Below, in pieces: positions 26,060 to 36,984 of a stretch of 43,265 nucleotides of DNA; position 1 is the first letter of the stretch; each line of letters opens with the position of its first letter. Made by a program: the position numbers and the translations under genes. The DNA comes from Welwitschia mirabilis (Eukaryota): assembly GCA_051453625.1 (NCBI GenBank), contig JBOZIK010000001.1:42691681-42734945 (forward strand). The letters are read 5' to 3'. The notes under the pieces are model-generated. The model saw only the letters and a list, made by a program, of their open reading frames with translations. It was not told the DNA's origin and did not search any database.

Positions 26060-27267
26060 TGTAGGATCAAGAATCCTTGGGAGTGAATAGGATTTAAAAA
26101 CTTAATTGAATAACTTTACAAAAACAACTTTACTTAAAACAAACACTTAAAAACTTATGTAACTAAAACTAAAACTATTCTAAAAAACTAAAGAACAAAA
26201 AAGCATAGAAATACCAATGAGAAAGCATACAAGATTTATAGTGGTTTGGGAAACCCACTACTCCACTCTTGACAATTAACTTCTATCCAATCTTGATTCA
26301 GATCTCTCTTAATTTATTTCCAGATATTCCAAGTTCATCTGTAACCTTTATAATTAGACTTTTCTCAAGATTAGTCTCAACCTTTTACAAGAAAGAGAAG
26401 TGGTGATAATGATATGATAAAATTCATAGGTTTCTCCCAATATTTGACTCAAGAATAGCATTACTACATTACTTGAGAAGATTGTATAATCTAAATGCAT
26501 AAAGTGCAACTCACTTAAGTAAGTATACAATGATAAACCATAGCTATTGGTTCAACTTTGATTAGATAAAAAGAATGCTAATGGGTACAATAATTAATTT
26601 TACAATATTCAAAAGTGGTAGACTGACTTTAACTCTTAAAAAATATATAGTATAAAAGTTTTAGGGTTTTTATAAGTAAAAACATCTTTAACAAATAGAA
26701 AATAGGATCATAACAACTAGAAAAATCCTGCTTTTATCATAACTGATCGACCCCTTAAAACATTTAATTGACCCCATTTACTATCATCACTGAAGTTGAT
26801 TACCATTATGTTCTTCTGGTTGACCCCTATTTTTTATAGATCCATGTTTGATCAATCCCTCAGGATCTGGTTGATTACTTATTCAGTTGCATATTCATCC
26901 AGTGAATCCTCTTATTTAGGAAAAAATTGCAACAATGTTTTCTACTTTAAGTTCAGTCAACATATTAAATGTCTGATTGACTCTTTACTAATAAAGGATG
27001 AATGCGACTCCAAGTCTAGTCGACCACTCATGTATTTGGTTGGCTCCTCTAAAACTTCCTTTTTGTGTAAGATTTAGATGTAATAACTCCTTGGGAATCC
27101 AGGTGATCTCATAGAGGGTATAAAAATGAACAAGTTCAAGTTTAAATTATGAAAAATTGTTTTAGCCTCTGATCTATAATGATTGATGTTTTCTGCATAA
27201 GATATAGCATGTTTTACTAAATAGAAAACATTATTTTGGTATCAAATTAACAAATAATAGCTCAACA
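26060..27267 (-). mobile_element. 5' LTR (~1.2 kb) of SIRE element
   Basis: TG...CA bounded (tgtaggatc...gctcaaca), 65 bp from the gag ATG. Contains a cluster of decayed GTCGAC motifs (26740-27030) and a TATA-like tract at about 26643. No partner LTR confirms the ends. Confidence 0.7.
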
Positions 27268-27312
27268 GAAAGTACATTCTAATGGCTCTATTGAAATTTC
27301 CAACCTAGACAC

Positions 27313-27398
27313 TATTGCAATGCGTATTTATGCGAATATCACATCCTCAAATAAATCCTATAAATCATAAATATATATAGATTTTATGCAAAATAATA
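27313..27398 (-). mobile_element. Athila-like LTR, first piece (interrupted by SIRE insertion)
   Basis: Starts tattgcaatgcgtatttatgc. Joined to 34535 onward it restores atgcaaaataatacactaatataaatgggag, matching 3380-3412 and 38921-38953. Confidence 0.8.
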
Positions 27399-28647
27399 TT
27401 AAATTCCTAGAGGGGGTAAATATAAATAATGATCACTTTTAAATAAAAAATGAAATTTTAAAATGAAAGTAATCAGCTTTATAAGTAAAAATTAAATTTA
27501 AGAAAAATCGCAAAACAAAAAAATAATTAGCTCACAATATTTCTAGTGGTTTAACAACATGCCTACTCCACTCTTCAAGGAAAGACAAGTTGTCCTCTTC
27601 CTTAGTCCCCTTATTACTCTTGAACTAATGATTTTCTAGTTGATCATCAACTTCTCTTATAATAGTATGATTTTTTAGGCTTATCATCAACCTCATACAC
27701 AATAGCGATAATTTTCCAAGCTTATCATCAATTTCACACATAACAATGATGATTTTCTAGGCTCATCATCAACCTCTCAAACTTGAAGTCTTTTAACGGC
27801 TCAGACTCAATCACAAGAAAAATAAAAGAATAATGATATGTGCCTTAAGCACAAATGCAATAGTGTAGGGCCTACTTTGAATGAATACATAAGATAGGAT
27901 CACAAATCATCAATAGATCCCTCAAGATTAGATTTTAGTTCTTTTCATAAAAGTATATATGCCAAATATTTCGGTCTACAATTGGTTGACCCTAATAAAA
28001 TAGGTTTTATCCCTTTTATAGAGAAAGAAGAAATAGCTATTAAAGAGAAACCCTAAATGATGATTCCAATGCATGTAAATTTAATATTATAATCAAATTC
28101 ATATTTCCAATGCAATTGAAAAATACACTAGAAGAAAATACCCATTGAAAATCACCATGCTTTCACCCAAAGAAGATTTTTTTCTAACAGTTTAAAGGAA
28201 GGACATCTACATTAAGAGTTGGGGACGTCCTTGCTCCTAGGGGATGGATGTTTGGCTTGAAGTAGTATGAACATCTACACTACTAGGAATGTGAGGATGT
28301 TCTCCCTCGAAGATGATGGACATCTGCACCTACCATAGGTACAAATTGGGAAAAACTAAATAAAGGGATGAGTTCTAGGCTAATTGAAATGGGGATGTCC
28401 ACACTTAAAACCTGTTAATAATGTTTAAAAAGAGAGGAAACATCCACCCTATTGGAGTGGGGATGTTTGAACTTGAGACATATCACATATATAATTTACC
28501 CACAAGAAGAAGGGACGTTTGCCCTATTTTGAGTGGGAACATCTACAATTAAAGGTTGGCTTCTAAATATGAATGTAATGAATAATGATAATTTTTTCTC
28601 TTGATTCTCATGCCTGTTGGCATGATTGAAATCTCCTTATACTTACA
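27399..28647 (-). repeat. 3' LTR (1249 bp)
   Basis: ttaaattcctagaggggg...ccttatacttaca, collinear with 33277-34529. Contains a 4-copy ~40-bp tandem repeat (27629-27778) and a GGACGTCC-derived motif array (28200-28545). Confidence 0.92.
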
Positions 28648-28812
28648 ATCTCCCCCTTTCCAATGATGAAAAATCAATTAATCTAAAGAATTGGTTTGAA
28701 ACAACCTCCCCTTGAGTTTGATGATTAGATCCCCCTGAGTTTGATATTCCTCTTAGAATAAGATAAAGATACAACCATTGTATCTTATAGTCTTTGCATT
28801 TCCCCTTTTGGC
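28648..28812 (-). promoter_or_regulatory. Polypurine tract plus additional upstream PPT-like tracts
   Basis: atctccccct abuts the LTR at 28648-28657. Further tracts are cctcccctt (~28705), atccccct (~28729) and ttcccctttt (~28800). Multiple PPTs are an established Sirevirus trait. Confidence 0.85.
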
Positions 28813-29049
28813 ATTATTGATTTTAAAATAGAAATAAGTAATACATAAAAATACCTATGAAAGGCATGTGTATAGGAGAATAATAAACATATATGATGAA
28901 AATAACAAATTTTATACTAACCATTAATCAAAACGATGATTTACATATTTATCAGTTTGGAGTACATAAAAGTAAACTTAGATTAACAAGCACAAAAAAA
29001 CAACAAATACAAGGATATAAAGATAAAAAGATACAATGATCAGAAGAAG

Positions 29050-30110
29050 ACACTAGAGCAAAATAAATATAAAGACATAATTAACTGGATTCCATCACAT
29101 TTTCACTGCTATTACTACTACAAGAAGTGGATGTCACCTCCAACCCGAAATCAACAAGAGCTTTCTTTATCTTAGATAATTGCGGTGAGATTCATTATAA
29201 TCACTTGTTGATTAAGGAGATACCCCTAAAGGCTCACTAAGTCACATGTGCTTGAATTACCTAGAAGAAGGAGAAGTCAGGGCTGCAAGAGCTGTTCCTT
29301 CCACAATTCTTATCTAGATAAGATAGGAATTATCAAATGGCTTTAGTAGGTTTAGAATTTTATCTTTGACCTTTCATAGAGCTACATGGTCATAACACAT
29401 CTTAGTGATAAGGTTTTCATATGGTAGTACTACTAAACCCATAAATTTATAGAAAGCCATGTTTTATAGAATTAGTTGCAGTAAGTTGAGTTGAATTCTG
29501 TTATCATAGCAATACATAACATAAGAAAATAGAGAAGACACTTCATCCATGTGGCTAAGCTTGGGAATTAGATTACTAAAGATAGTGTGAAAGAGTACCT
29601 TAAAGATTAGCTTCAAAAACTAAGTTGGAATGGTAGTTTGACATTCCTCTTATTTTTCACATAATACTTCATTGAGCTTATTTTTGGAAATTGAACTATC
29701 TAAAACTAAAATAAAGGAGACATGTACATAGTCTACACAGTCTAAGGGAAAACTAGTAGCATTGAAAATCATTTTATTATCAATCTCAATCTCAATACCA
29801 CATAGATTTAAAACAAACTAATTTTGCTCATACTGAAAGGAACCATTATAGTAAAACATATAATCCAAATTCATCAAATCATGTGTATGAGGTTTTAGAA
29901 TATAAGTCCAACCTAACTCTTTCAACCTGGGAAAGATATTGAAATAATGTCTACAAGTATCCTACAAAATATCCCTTTCTAGAGTAAGAGGATTCTTGTT
30001 AAAACTTTAAGTCCACATTGTCTTAGCCCTAGGAGTCACAAAAATAAGCTCTGCTTCCTTATCTATACCTTTTTCTTTTCTTAAAATATGGATCTTCTAC
30101 CTTGACATGA
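29050..30110 (-). pseudogene. env-like extra ORF remnant
   Basis: The minus strand reads YMFYYN (~29850), LIPKLSHMDEVS (~29560) and VLPYENLITK (29401-29430). It lies between RNase H and the PPT. Confidence 0.7.
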
Positions 30111-30614
30111 TGGAAACAAAGAAGGAAAAAAAAGAAATAAGATATTAAGGAAGCAAAAATACTAAGAAAATAGACTAAGAAAGTAATACTTACTTTTGAT
30201 AACTGGACCACTGAAAAGTAACAAGATGAGACAAAAAAGAGGGAAGATAATCAAATTTATAGAGGCAGATAATTGAGGATGGTTTTGTTAAAATAAAACG
30301 TAAATTCACATTCTTTACGTATGCAGACATCCAGCTTTTTATGGGATTGGATGCCTAGCCTTCACTTGGCCTAACATCTACTTTTAAATGGACAAATATC
30401 TAGACTCTTGATGAGGCAGATGTTCAGACCCCTTGAGTGACAAGAAGATTCAATGACTAGGATAAAATCGATATATTTGAGCAAAAATGAAAACAAAATA
30501 ACAAACAACACTCAAAGGGAAGAACAATACTCTTAATGCACTAAAAAAAATGATAAAATGTATAAATTTTGGTATTAAATTTAAAAAAAAAATAATACCT
30601 TAGTTGAACATGTT

Positions 30615-33200
30615 TGTATGTCTAACTCAACCCTTGAATGCTTAAATCTCACTTCTAAAAGTGGCTTGATAAACATGTCTCCAAGTTATCTTTCTGTTGA
30701 AACATGATCAAGCTAAATTATTGTGAATGTTAATATGAAAGTATGAAACTCTTTAACTTGATTGAGTTTGTATGTCTTTATACACTCTTTAACATACTTA
30801 GATTATTAACACCATTTTTGAGCTATAAGACTTAAAAAATCTCTCTAAGTAAGCTTTTATGCATAGCTTTTAATAAATCAAGTGTTAGTTTATCATTGAT
30901 AGCCCCAAAGTTTTTGTATCATACTTGTATTTCTTAATGGTAAGGCTCTTTCTATTATAAATATTTCTATAAAGATAATAAATATTATTAAAGGCATCAA
31001 GTTTAGAAAGTAAATATTTAATACATGTATAGTGAATAAAGTTATTAATCATCATAAAATATCTTTTACTATTTATACTTTTAACTTTTATAGCCCTACT
31101 AAATGTAAGTGCAATAATCCTAAAGGCCCTTGTGAAGATATCTCAAACTTGGAATTAAAAGAAGACTTTATGAATTTGTCTATTTAACATTATTTACAAA
31201 ATATAGAATTTGAAAAGATAAGTTTGGATGAACCTCTACTCACCTATTGTTAAAAGATGATCCTCAAGTTTGAAACATTTGAAAGACCCATTCTTCTAGA
31301 AGTTCTTGACTTTCTTGCATAAAACCACATAATTCTTTAGAAATAGACTTGCCTTCTATAGAATACAAGTTTTCTATACATTGGGTAGTCAAAATCTCCT
31401 TATTACTAGATACATTCTTTACCACATACTTCTTCTTACCAAAAATAACTACATTCCCTTTATCATACATTTACATAATACTCAATTGATTATGCTTAAG
31501 GCCTTATACATACAAAAAATCATCAATTTTAGGAAGCTTATATTCACAAACCATACCTTTTTCCTTGATGGCTGCTTTTCGATTGTCATCAAAAGAAACC
31601 TCTCCTCCATCATAGTTAATAAGCATATGGAACCATCTCTTATCACTTGTTATATGTCTTGAACATTCACTATCCAAAAACCATCTAGGATGCTCCCTTG
31701 CTTTAAGAGAGATTTGAATAAGTAACTCTCATATTTTCTTAATGATAGATTAATTGTTCATTACTTTTGGTTTTCACAAAAACCTGTAACTTGTATAATG
31801 GAAAAAATTTTCCTTTCTGATGGGATAAGAAAATCTAATATGCCCTACGTTTCTACAATAAAAACATCAAATATAGAAGTAATTTAAATTATTTAACTTT
31901 AAATAATATCTCTTATGATCAGATTTACTTTTTTGAACTGATATGAAGTAGTAGAATTGAGTTCCCTTAAATCCTCTAACTTTCTTGATAAAAGATAAGT
32001 AGTTTTATTTGCACCTGTAAGACTTTCAGTGGCCCTATTTAACTCTTTATTAATTAAGTCAAGTTTAGTTTGTAGAGACGATAATCTATATTTTAAATCA
32101 TTACTTTTACAAGCTAAATCTTCATAAAGAAAATATAATTATTCATAAGCTTCTTCAATATTTTCATAACTTTTAAATATTATGTCTTTTTTATTAGAGA
32201 TTGCATGCTCATCTATGGTAGTTGATATGAAGGCATACNNNNNNNNNNAGGATGTCTCTGAATCAGATTCTTTCTTATTGTCCCAAGTAACTTTGAGGGA
32301 TTTCTTCTCTTTGATTTTAGCCTTTTGTGTATTCGCACACTACTGTTGTGTTTCTAAATCCCTTGCAATCAAAGCATTACAAAGGTTTTTTGTTTCTTCC
32401 AAAGTTTTTAAAATAGTTTTTCTTCTCAAACTAATTCTCATTGGCATTAAATCGTGTTCTATCAAGATCTTTATATTTTCCTAGAAATCTTCTGAATTTA
32501 TAGCAAAAAATATTAAATTCTCATCATCTTCTTCATTGTTGGAACCTTATTTGCATTGACTTAAACATTTCAAGGCCATATTTTTTGTCTTAAATCCCTC
32601 ATCATCCATAATGATAGCTTTATATATAATTAATGATCCCTTAGACTCTTTTAAACTCATGGTATCTAGATTTTTACTCTCTTCTATCATAGTAAATTTG
32701 GGTCTAAAATACTTTAGCAAGCTCCTCAAGATTTTTTGCATAACTGTTTATTCTAGAATCTTTTTTCCAAGACCTCACATTGTATTTACAATGGATAGTA
32801 CCTTGGTCATGTATTCAATGATAGATTCGTATTCTTTCATTCTAATATTTTGGAATTAAATTGTTAAAAATTGTAACTTATAATTTTTCACAATACTCAT
32901 ATCTTCATGGGCAATCTTGAGAGTATTCTAGATTTCCTTTATAGAGGATCACTAAACTACTTAGTTGTACTCCTTCAGAGTGAGGTCATAAATGAGTGTA
33001 TTCATTTCTTTTATGTTGAGCATTTTTTCCTTCTTCTATTCATATAACCAACCTTTCAATGGAATAGTGGGTTTAGAGTAATCACACACAACACTATCCT
33101 AGATATTTAAATTAAGAAACTTCAGGAATATTATCATTTTAATTTTTCAAAAAGAATAGTTTAACCTATTAAAATAAGGTGGTCTTGAGATTAAATGGCA
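30615..33200 (-). pseudogene. gag-pol: Copia gag-pol pseudogene lacking RT
   Basis: RPPYFNRLNY (~33160-33185); KILRSL...IEESKNLDTMSL (32547-32741); decayed zinc knuckle (~31835-31865); WFLDSECSRHI (~31655-31685); integrase up to a QNGV-like motif (~30815); then directly the RNase H tail DMFIKPL (~30660-30680). Confidence 0.85.
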
Positions 33201-33256
33201 TTCATTAGTGATAGATCACATTAGATTACATAGAGTGGTGAATCTCTATTAAGAGT

Positions 33257-33274
33257 AACCTTGCTCTGATACTA
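33257..33274 (-). promoter_or_regulatory. Primer binding site, tRNA-iMet
   Basis: Minus strand tagtatcagagcaaggtt versus TGGTATCAGAGCCAGGTT (16/18), 2 bp from the 5' LTR. Confidence 0.9.
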
Positions 33275-33276
33275 GT

Positions 33277-34529
33277 TTAAATTCCTAGAGGAGGGGTGAA
33301 TAGGAATAATGATTACTTTTAAATCCAAAAACAAATTCTGAAATGAAATTAATCAGCTTTATAAATAAATACCAAATCTAAAGAAAATTGTAAATTAGAA
33401 AAATAATTAGCCCACAAGATTTATAGTGGTTTAGCAACATGCCTATTCCACTCTTCAAGGAAAGACAAGATGTCCTCTTCCTTGGTTTCCTTATCACTCT
33501 TGAACTGATGATTTTCTAGTTGATCATCAACCCCTCTTATAATAGTAATATTTTTAGGCTTATCATCAATCTCACACATAGCAGTGATAATTTTCTAGGC
33601 TCATCATCAACCTCACACATAATAGTGATGATTTTCTAAGCTTATCATTAACCTCTCACACTTGAAATATTTTAATAGCTTAGACACAACCACAGGAAGA
33701 ATAGAAGAATAATGAGATGTACCTCAAGAATAGATGCAATAGTGTAGGATCTACTTTAAATGAATACACAAGATAGGATTATAAATCACTAATAGATCAC
33801 TTAAGATTAGATTTGAGTTCTCTTCAAAAAACTATATATGATAAATATTTCGGTCCATAATTGGTTAACCCTAATAAAATAGGTTTTACCCCTTTTATAG
33901 AGAAAGGAAAAATAGTTGTTCAAAAGAAATCCTAAATGATGATTCCAATGCATGTTAATCTAATATTACAATCAAATTCATATTTCCAATGCAATTGAAA
34001 GACATACCATAAGAGAATAACCATTGAAAGTCACTACACTTTAATCCAAAGAAGACTATTTTTCTAATGGTTCAAAGGAAGGACATTTTCCTTAAGAATT
34101 GGAGATGTCCTTGCTCCCAAGGACGGATATCCACCCTCAAGCAGTGTAGATGTCCATACTACTAGGAGTGTAATGATGTCCACCATCAAAGAAGATAGAC
34201 ATCTGTATGTATCATAGGTATAGACTAGGACAAACAAAATGAAGGGAGGACATCTAGGACGCTTGAAGTAGGTACATCTACATATGAGATCTATCAATCA
34301 TGTTTTCTATAAGAAGAGGATATGTCCATTCCATTTAAGTGGGAATGTCTGGGATTAAGACCTATCAGAGATATAATTTACCAAAACAAATAGGGGACAT
34401 CCATCCTGTTTTGAGTGGGAACATTCACAAGTAAAGATTGGCTTCTAAATATGACTGTGATGAATGATAACCATTTTTTCACTTGATTATCATACCTGTT
34501 GGCATCATTGAAACCTCCTTATACTTACA
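33277..34529 (-). repeat. 5' LTR (1253 bp)
   Basis: ttaaattcctagaggaggggtgaatagg...ccttatacttaca; partner of 27399-28647. Confidence 0.92.
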
Positions 34530-34534
34530 TAATA

Positions 34535-35471
34535 CACTAATATAAATGGGAGTAATTCAAATGTCATAATCCCATTGAAATTATAGATGAGAAGAAAGAG
34601 AATTGATTTTGAAAATAAAACACTATGTAACCTTAAAGAAGAACAAAATAAGAATGAAAAATAACAATTAAAATGGATACAATATGAAAATAAAAGGCAA
34701 GTCCTATTTTAAATTCAACTTTTATTCAATTACCAAATAAACCTATCATAGATATTGGTCCTATATAATTTAGATTAATCAAGAAAAGTTATCACTAAAT
34801 CAAGATTAATCTAGACTCTCAAGTGTGTTAAAAAATATGAAAACAATGCAAAGTTAATCTAATAAATGAAATGCAATGCACCTAAACTAATAATGTCAAT
34901 CTTAATAAAGGTTTCTCTTATGATTTATATCACTATAGAAACTATCATAGAATCAGAAGCAAAATTAACTATAAGAGAGGTTCATATAACAAAAGATATA
35001 AAAAGATAAACAAAGTTTCGATTAAAAGCAAACCAACACCCATGTTATAAAGTAGTGACACCGATACATAGCCTAACACCAAGGAATACATCTCTCTATA
35101 ATAATAAATAGATCATTCTTCTACCCTTCAATCTCTTATCATAAGAATTTTTAATGCCAGAGAATATGAGAAATGAAGTCAAGCATAAAGAAGGTATTTA
35201 TTATAGAATAGACTTAAAATCATTAAATTCAAATAGATGCACTAATAATTTAATAAGTACACAAGAAGATGTATGCCACATAGCTAGAGTTTGGTGAAGT
35301 TTAGTGAAGCATTTATTTCAAGTATCATTGTGATGGTTATTTAAACATTATAAGAGATCATGCCACATCATATGAGTTCCTTATCATCTACTAGATTGAT
35401 CCAGTAAGCATCCTCCCTATCTTAAGTATTTTTGTAATGCATATAATCATCTAGATAATGAGTTGGATGAC
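34535..35471 (-). mobile_element. Athila-like LTR, second piece (ends at the insertion of a plus-strand Athila-like element)
   Basis: Continues 27313-27398 and is collinear with the LTR at 3317-4666 (aatgtcataatcc, ctatataatttagattaat, aaggtt). Confidence 0.75.
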
Positions 35472-36541
35472 TGATGCAATACCAATTTATGGTTATTTAA
35501 TGGGGTTTTATGAGTTGTCTTACAATACATTTATATAGGTTTAGATGTAATACTTAGGATTTTGAAAAATCAATAGAAGATTTTAGAAATGTACAAATTC
35601 TTAGCAATATTGAGGCATTTAAGCATATTCTAATATATAGAGCTTTATAGGAATATTAATGACAAAAAGACAAGGTTCCCTTCACTGAAATAAATAAAGA
35701 AGACCATTGTGTCTTCTGTCATCCCCATAACAGTTAGGACGATGACATATTTGAATGTTCATGTGGACTGCTAAGTCATTTGCCAAGTCATCTTTTGTAA
35801 AGAGTTGTTGTTCCTCATATCATCTAGATGATAATGAGGACAATTATTATAACCAACTCTAATAGTTGACCTTAACTGTTTCATCCATTTCTTGTCTGCA
35901 ATGGAGCACATTATGAAGTGTCTTTTGTATAATCGTTTTACTTTATAATCATATAAATAAAACTCCTATTCTACTCTCTTCTTCATCTTCATTGCACCAA
36001 AAATTCTTTTGACATGTTATAGAAGGGCAAGAGATCGATCTTGAGAGTTATAGAAAGACATTTCCTTAGTGGAGGGCTGTGCATCCTGCATTGAGCCCTA
36101 GCTATTTTGTAACTCAGATGCTTGGTTCTTTTATTACAAAACTCTATTTCCATTATTATATTTAGATATATTTAATGTGCCTTATAATTTATGTTACCCT
36201 TGATCTGATGATAATTCCATTAGTAATATAAATCTTAAGGGAAACCTTTATTTAGATTGAAGAAAAGTAGTTTAGATTTATTTTGCATTTCATTTAGACT
36301 TAGTTGCATTTGCATTTGCATTTTCATTATATCATTAAATTTTGCATTATTCTTTAAAGTTCGATTACATAATATTTATGAAAATCAATCCTTATTCTCC
36401 TCTCGTGAGTATTCAATAAGATATGACATTTTGATCACTTCCAATTATACTAGTGTGTTGTATTATATAAGATATCTATTTTATTTGTAAATCAAAGGAT
36501 CTTTGTAAGTATAAATATTTGCATAAATACACACCATAACA
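35472..36541 (+). mobile_element. 5' LTR (~1.07 kb) of plus-strand Athila-like element
   Basis: tgatgcaataccaattt...gcataaatacacaccataaca (TG...CA), the reverse complement of the family LTR termini. TATA-like tataaata at about 35952. Confidence 0.8.
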
Positions 36542-36544
36542 AAT

Positions 36545-36562
36545 TGGTGCCATTACAAGGGA
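36545..36562 (+). promoter_or_regulatory. Primer binding site, tRNA-Asp type (decayed)
   Basis: tggtgccattacaaggga versus TGGCGCCGTTGCCGGGGA, 3 bp after the LTR end. Confidence 0.75.
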
Positions 36563-36984
36563 AGGCTACTAAGGAGCATAAGGATTTTCATTGTTTAGGT
36601 AAGTACATTAAATTTCCATTTAGTTATTTATCCAAAACAATGTTGTATTTTTATTAGGAATCTTAGGTTTTTCTATTTGTAGTCTTTCAGTTTTAGTTTT
36701 AGTATTAAAATAGCCATTGTATCTTCTATTGTTTTCATAAAAATCAAGACAATAGTCTATGATTTCAATTTTTATTTTTAGATTTAGTTTACTGTAATAA
36801 AATTTCTCTGTCATCTCCTTTATCATCTGAATAACCTGGAGGATGATAGTTCGTGTTTTTTAGTTTTTGGCTTTCCGCTTCATTAAGTTTTTTTGTTTTT
36901 ACTCTCTGTGTTCATTGTCCTTCTGTCATCTCCATGACAGTTAGGATAATAATCTATTATTTTTTATTTTGTTTTCTATTTACA

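Larger units (their letters stand above)
19400..27267 (-). mobile_element. SIRE/Sirevirus-type Ty1/copia element (5' LTR, gag-pol, env-like ORF); 3' LTR not found
   Basis: Copia domain order PR-IN-RT-RH on the minus strand, an extra downstream ORF, and an LTR carrying gagtgaatagg and gatttatagtggtt motifs shared with the neighbouring SIRE LTRs. Confidence 0.85.
27399..34529 (-). mobile_element. SIRE/Sirevirus-type copia element with both LTRs and 5-bp TSD, internally deleted (7131 bp)
   Basis: Direct LTRs at 27399-28647 and 33277-34529; TSD taata at 27394-27398 and 34530-34534; tRNA-iMet PBS; PPT; gag, PR, partial IN, RNase H tail and env-like remnant. Confidence 0.93.
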
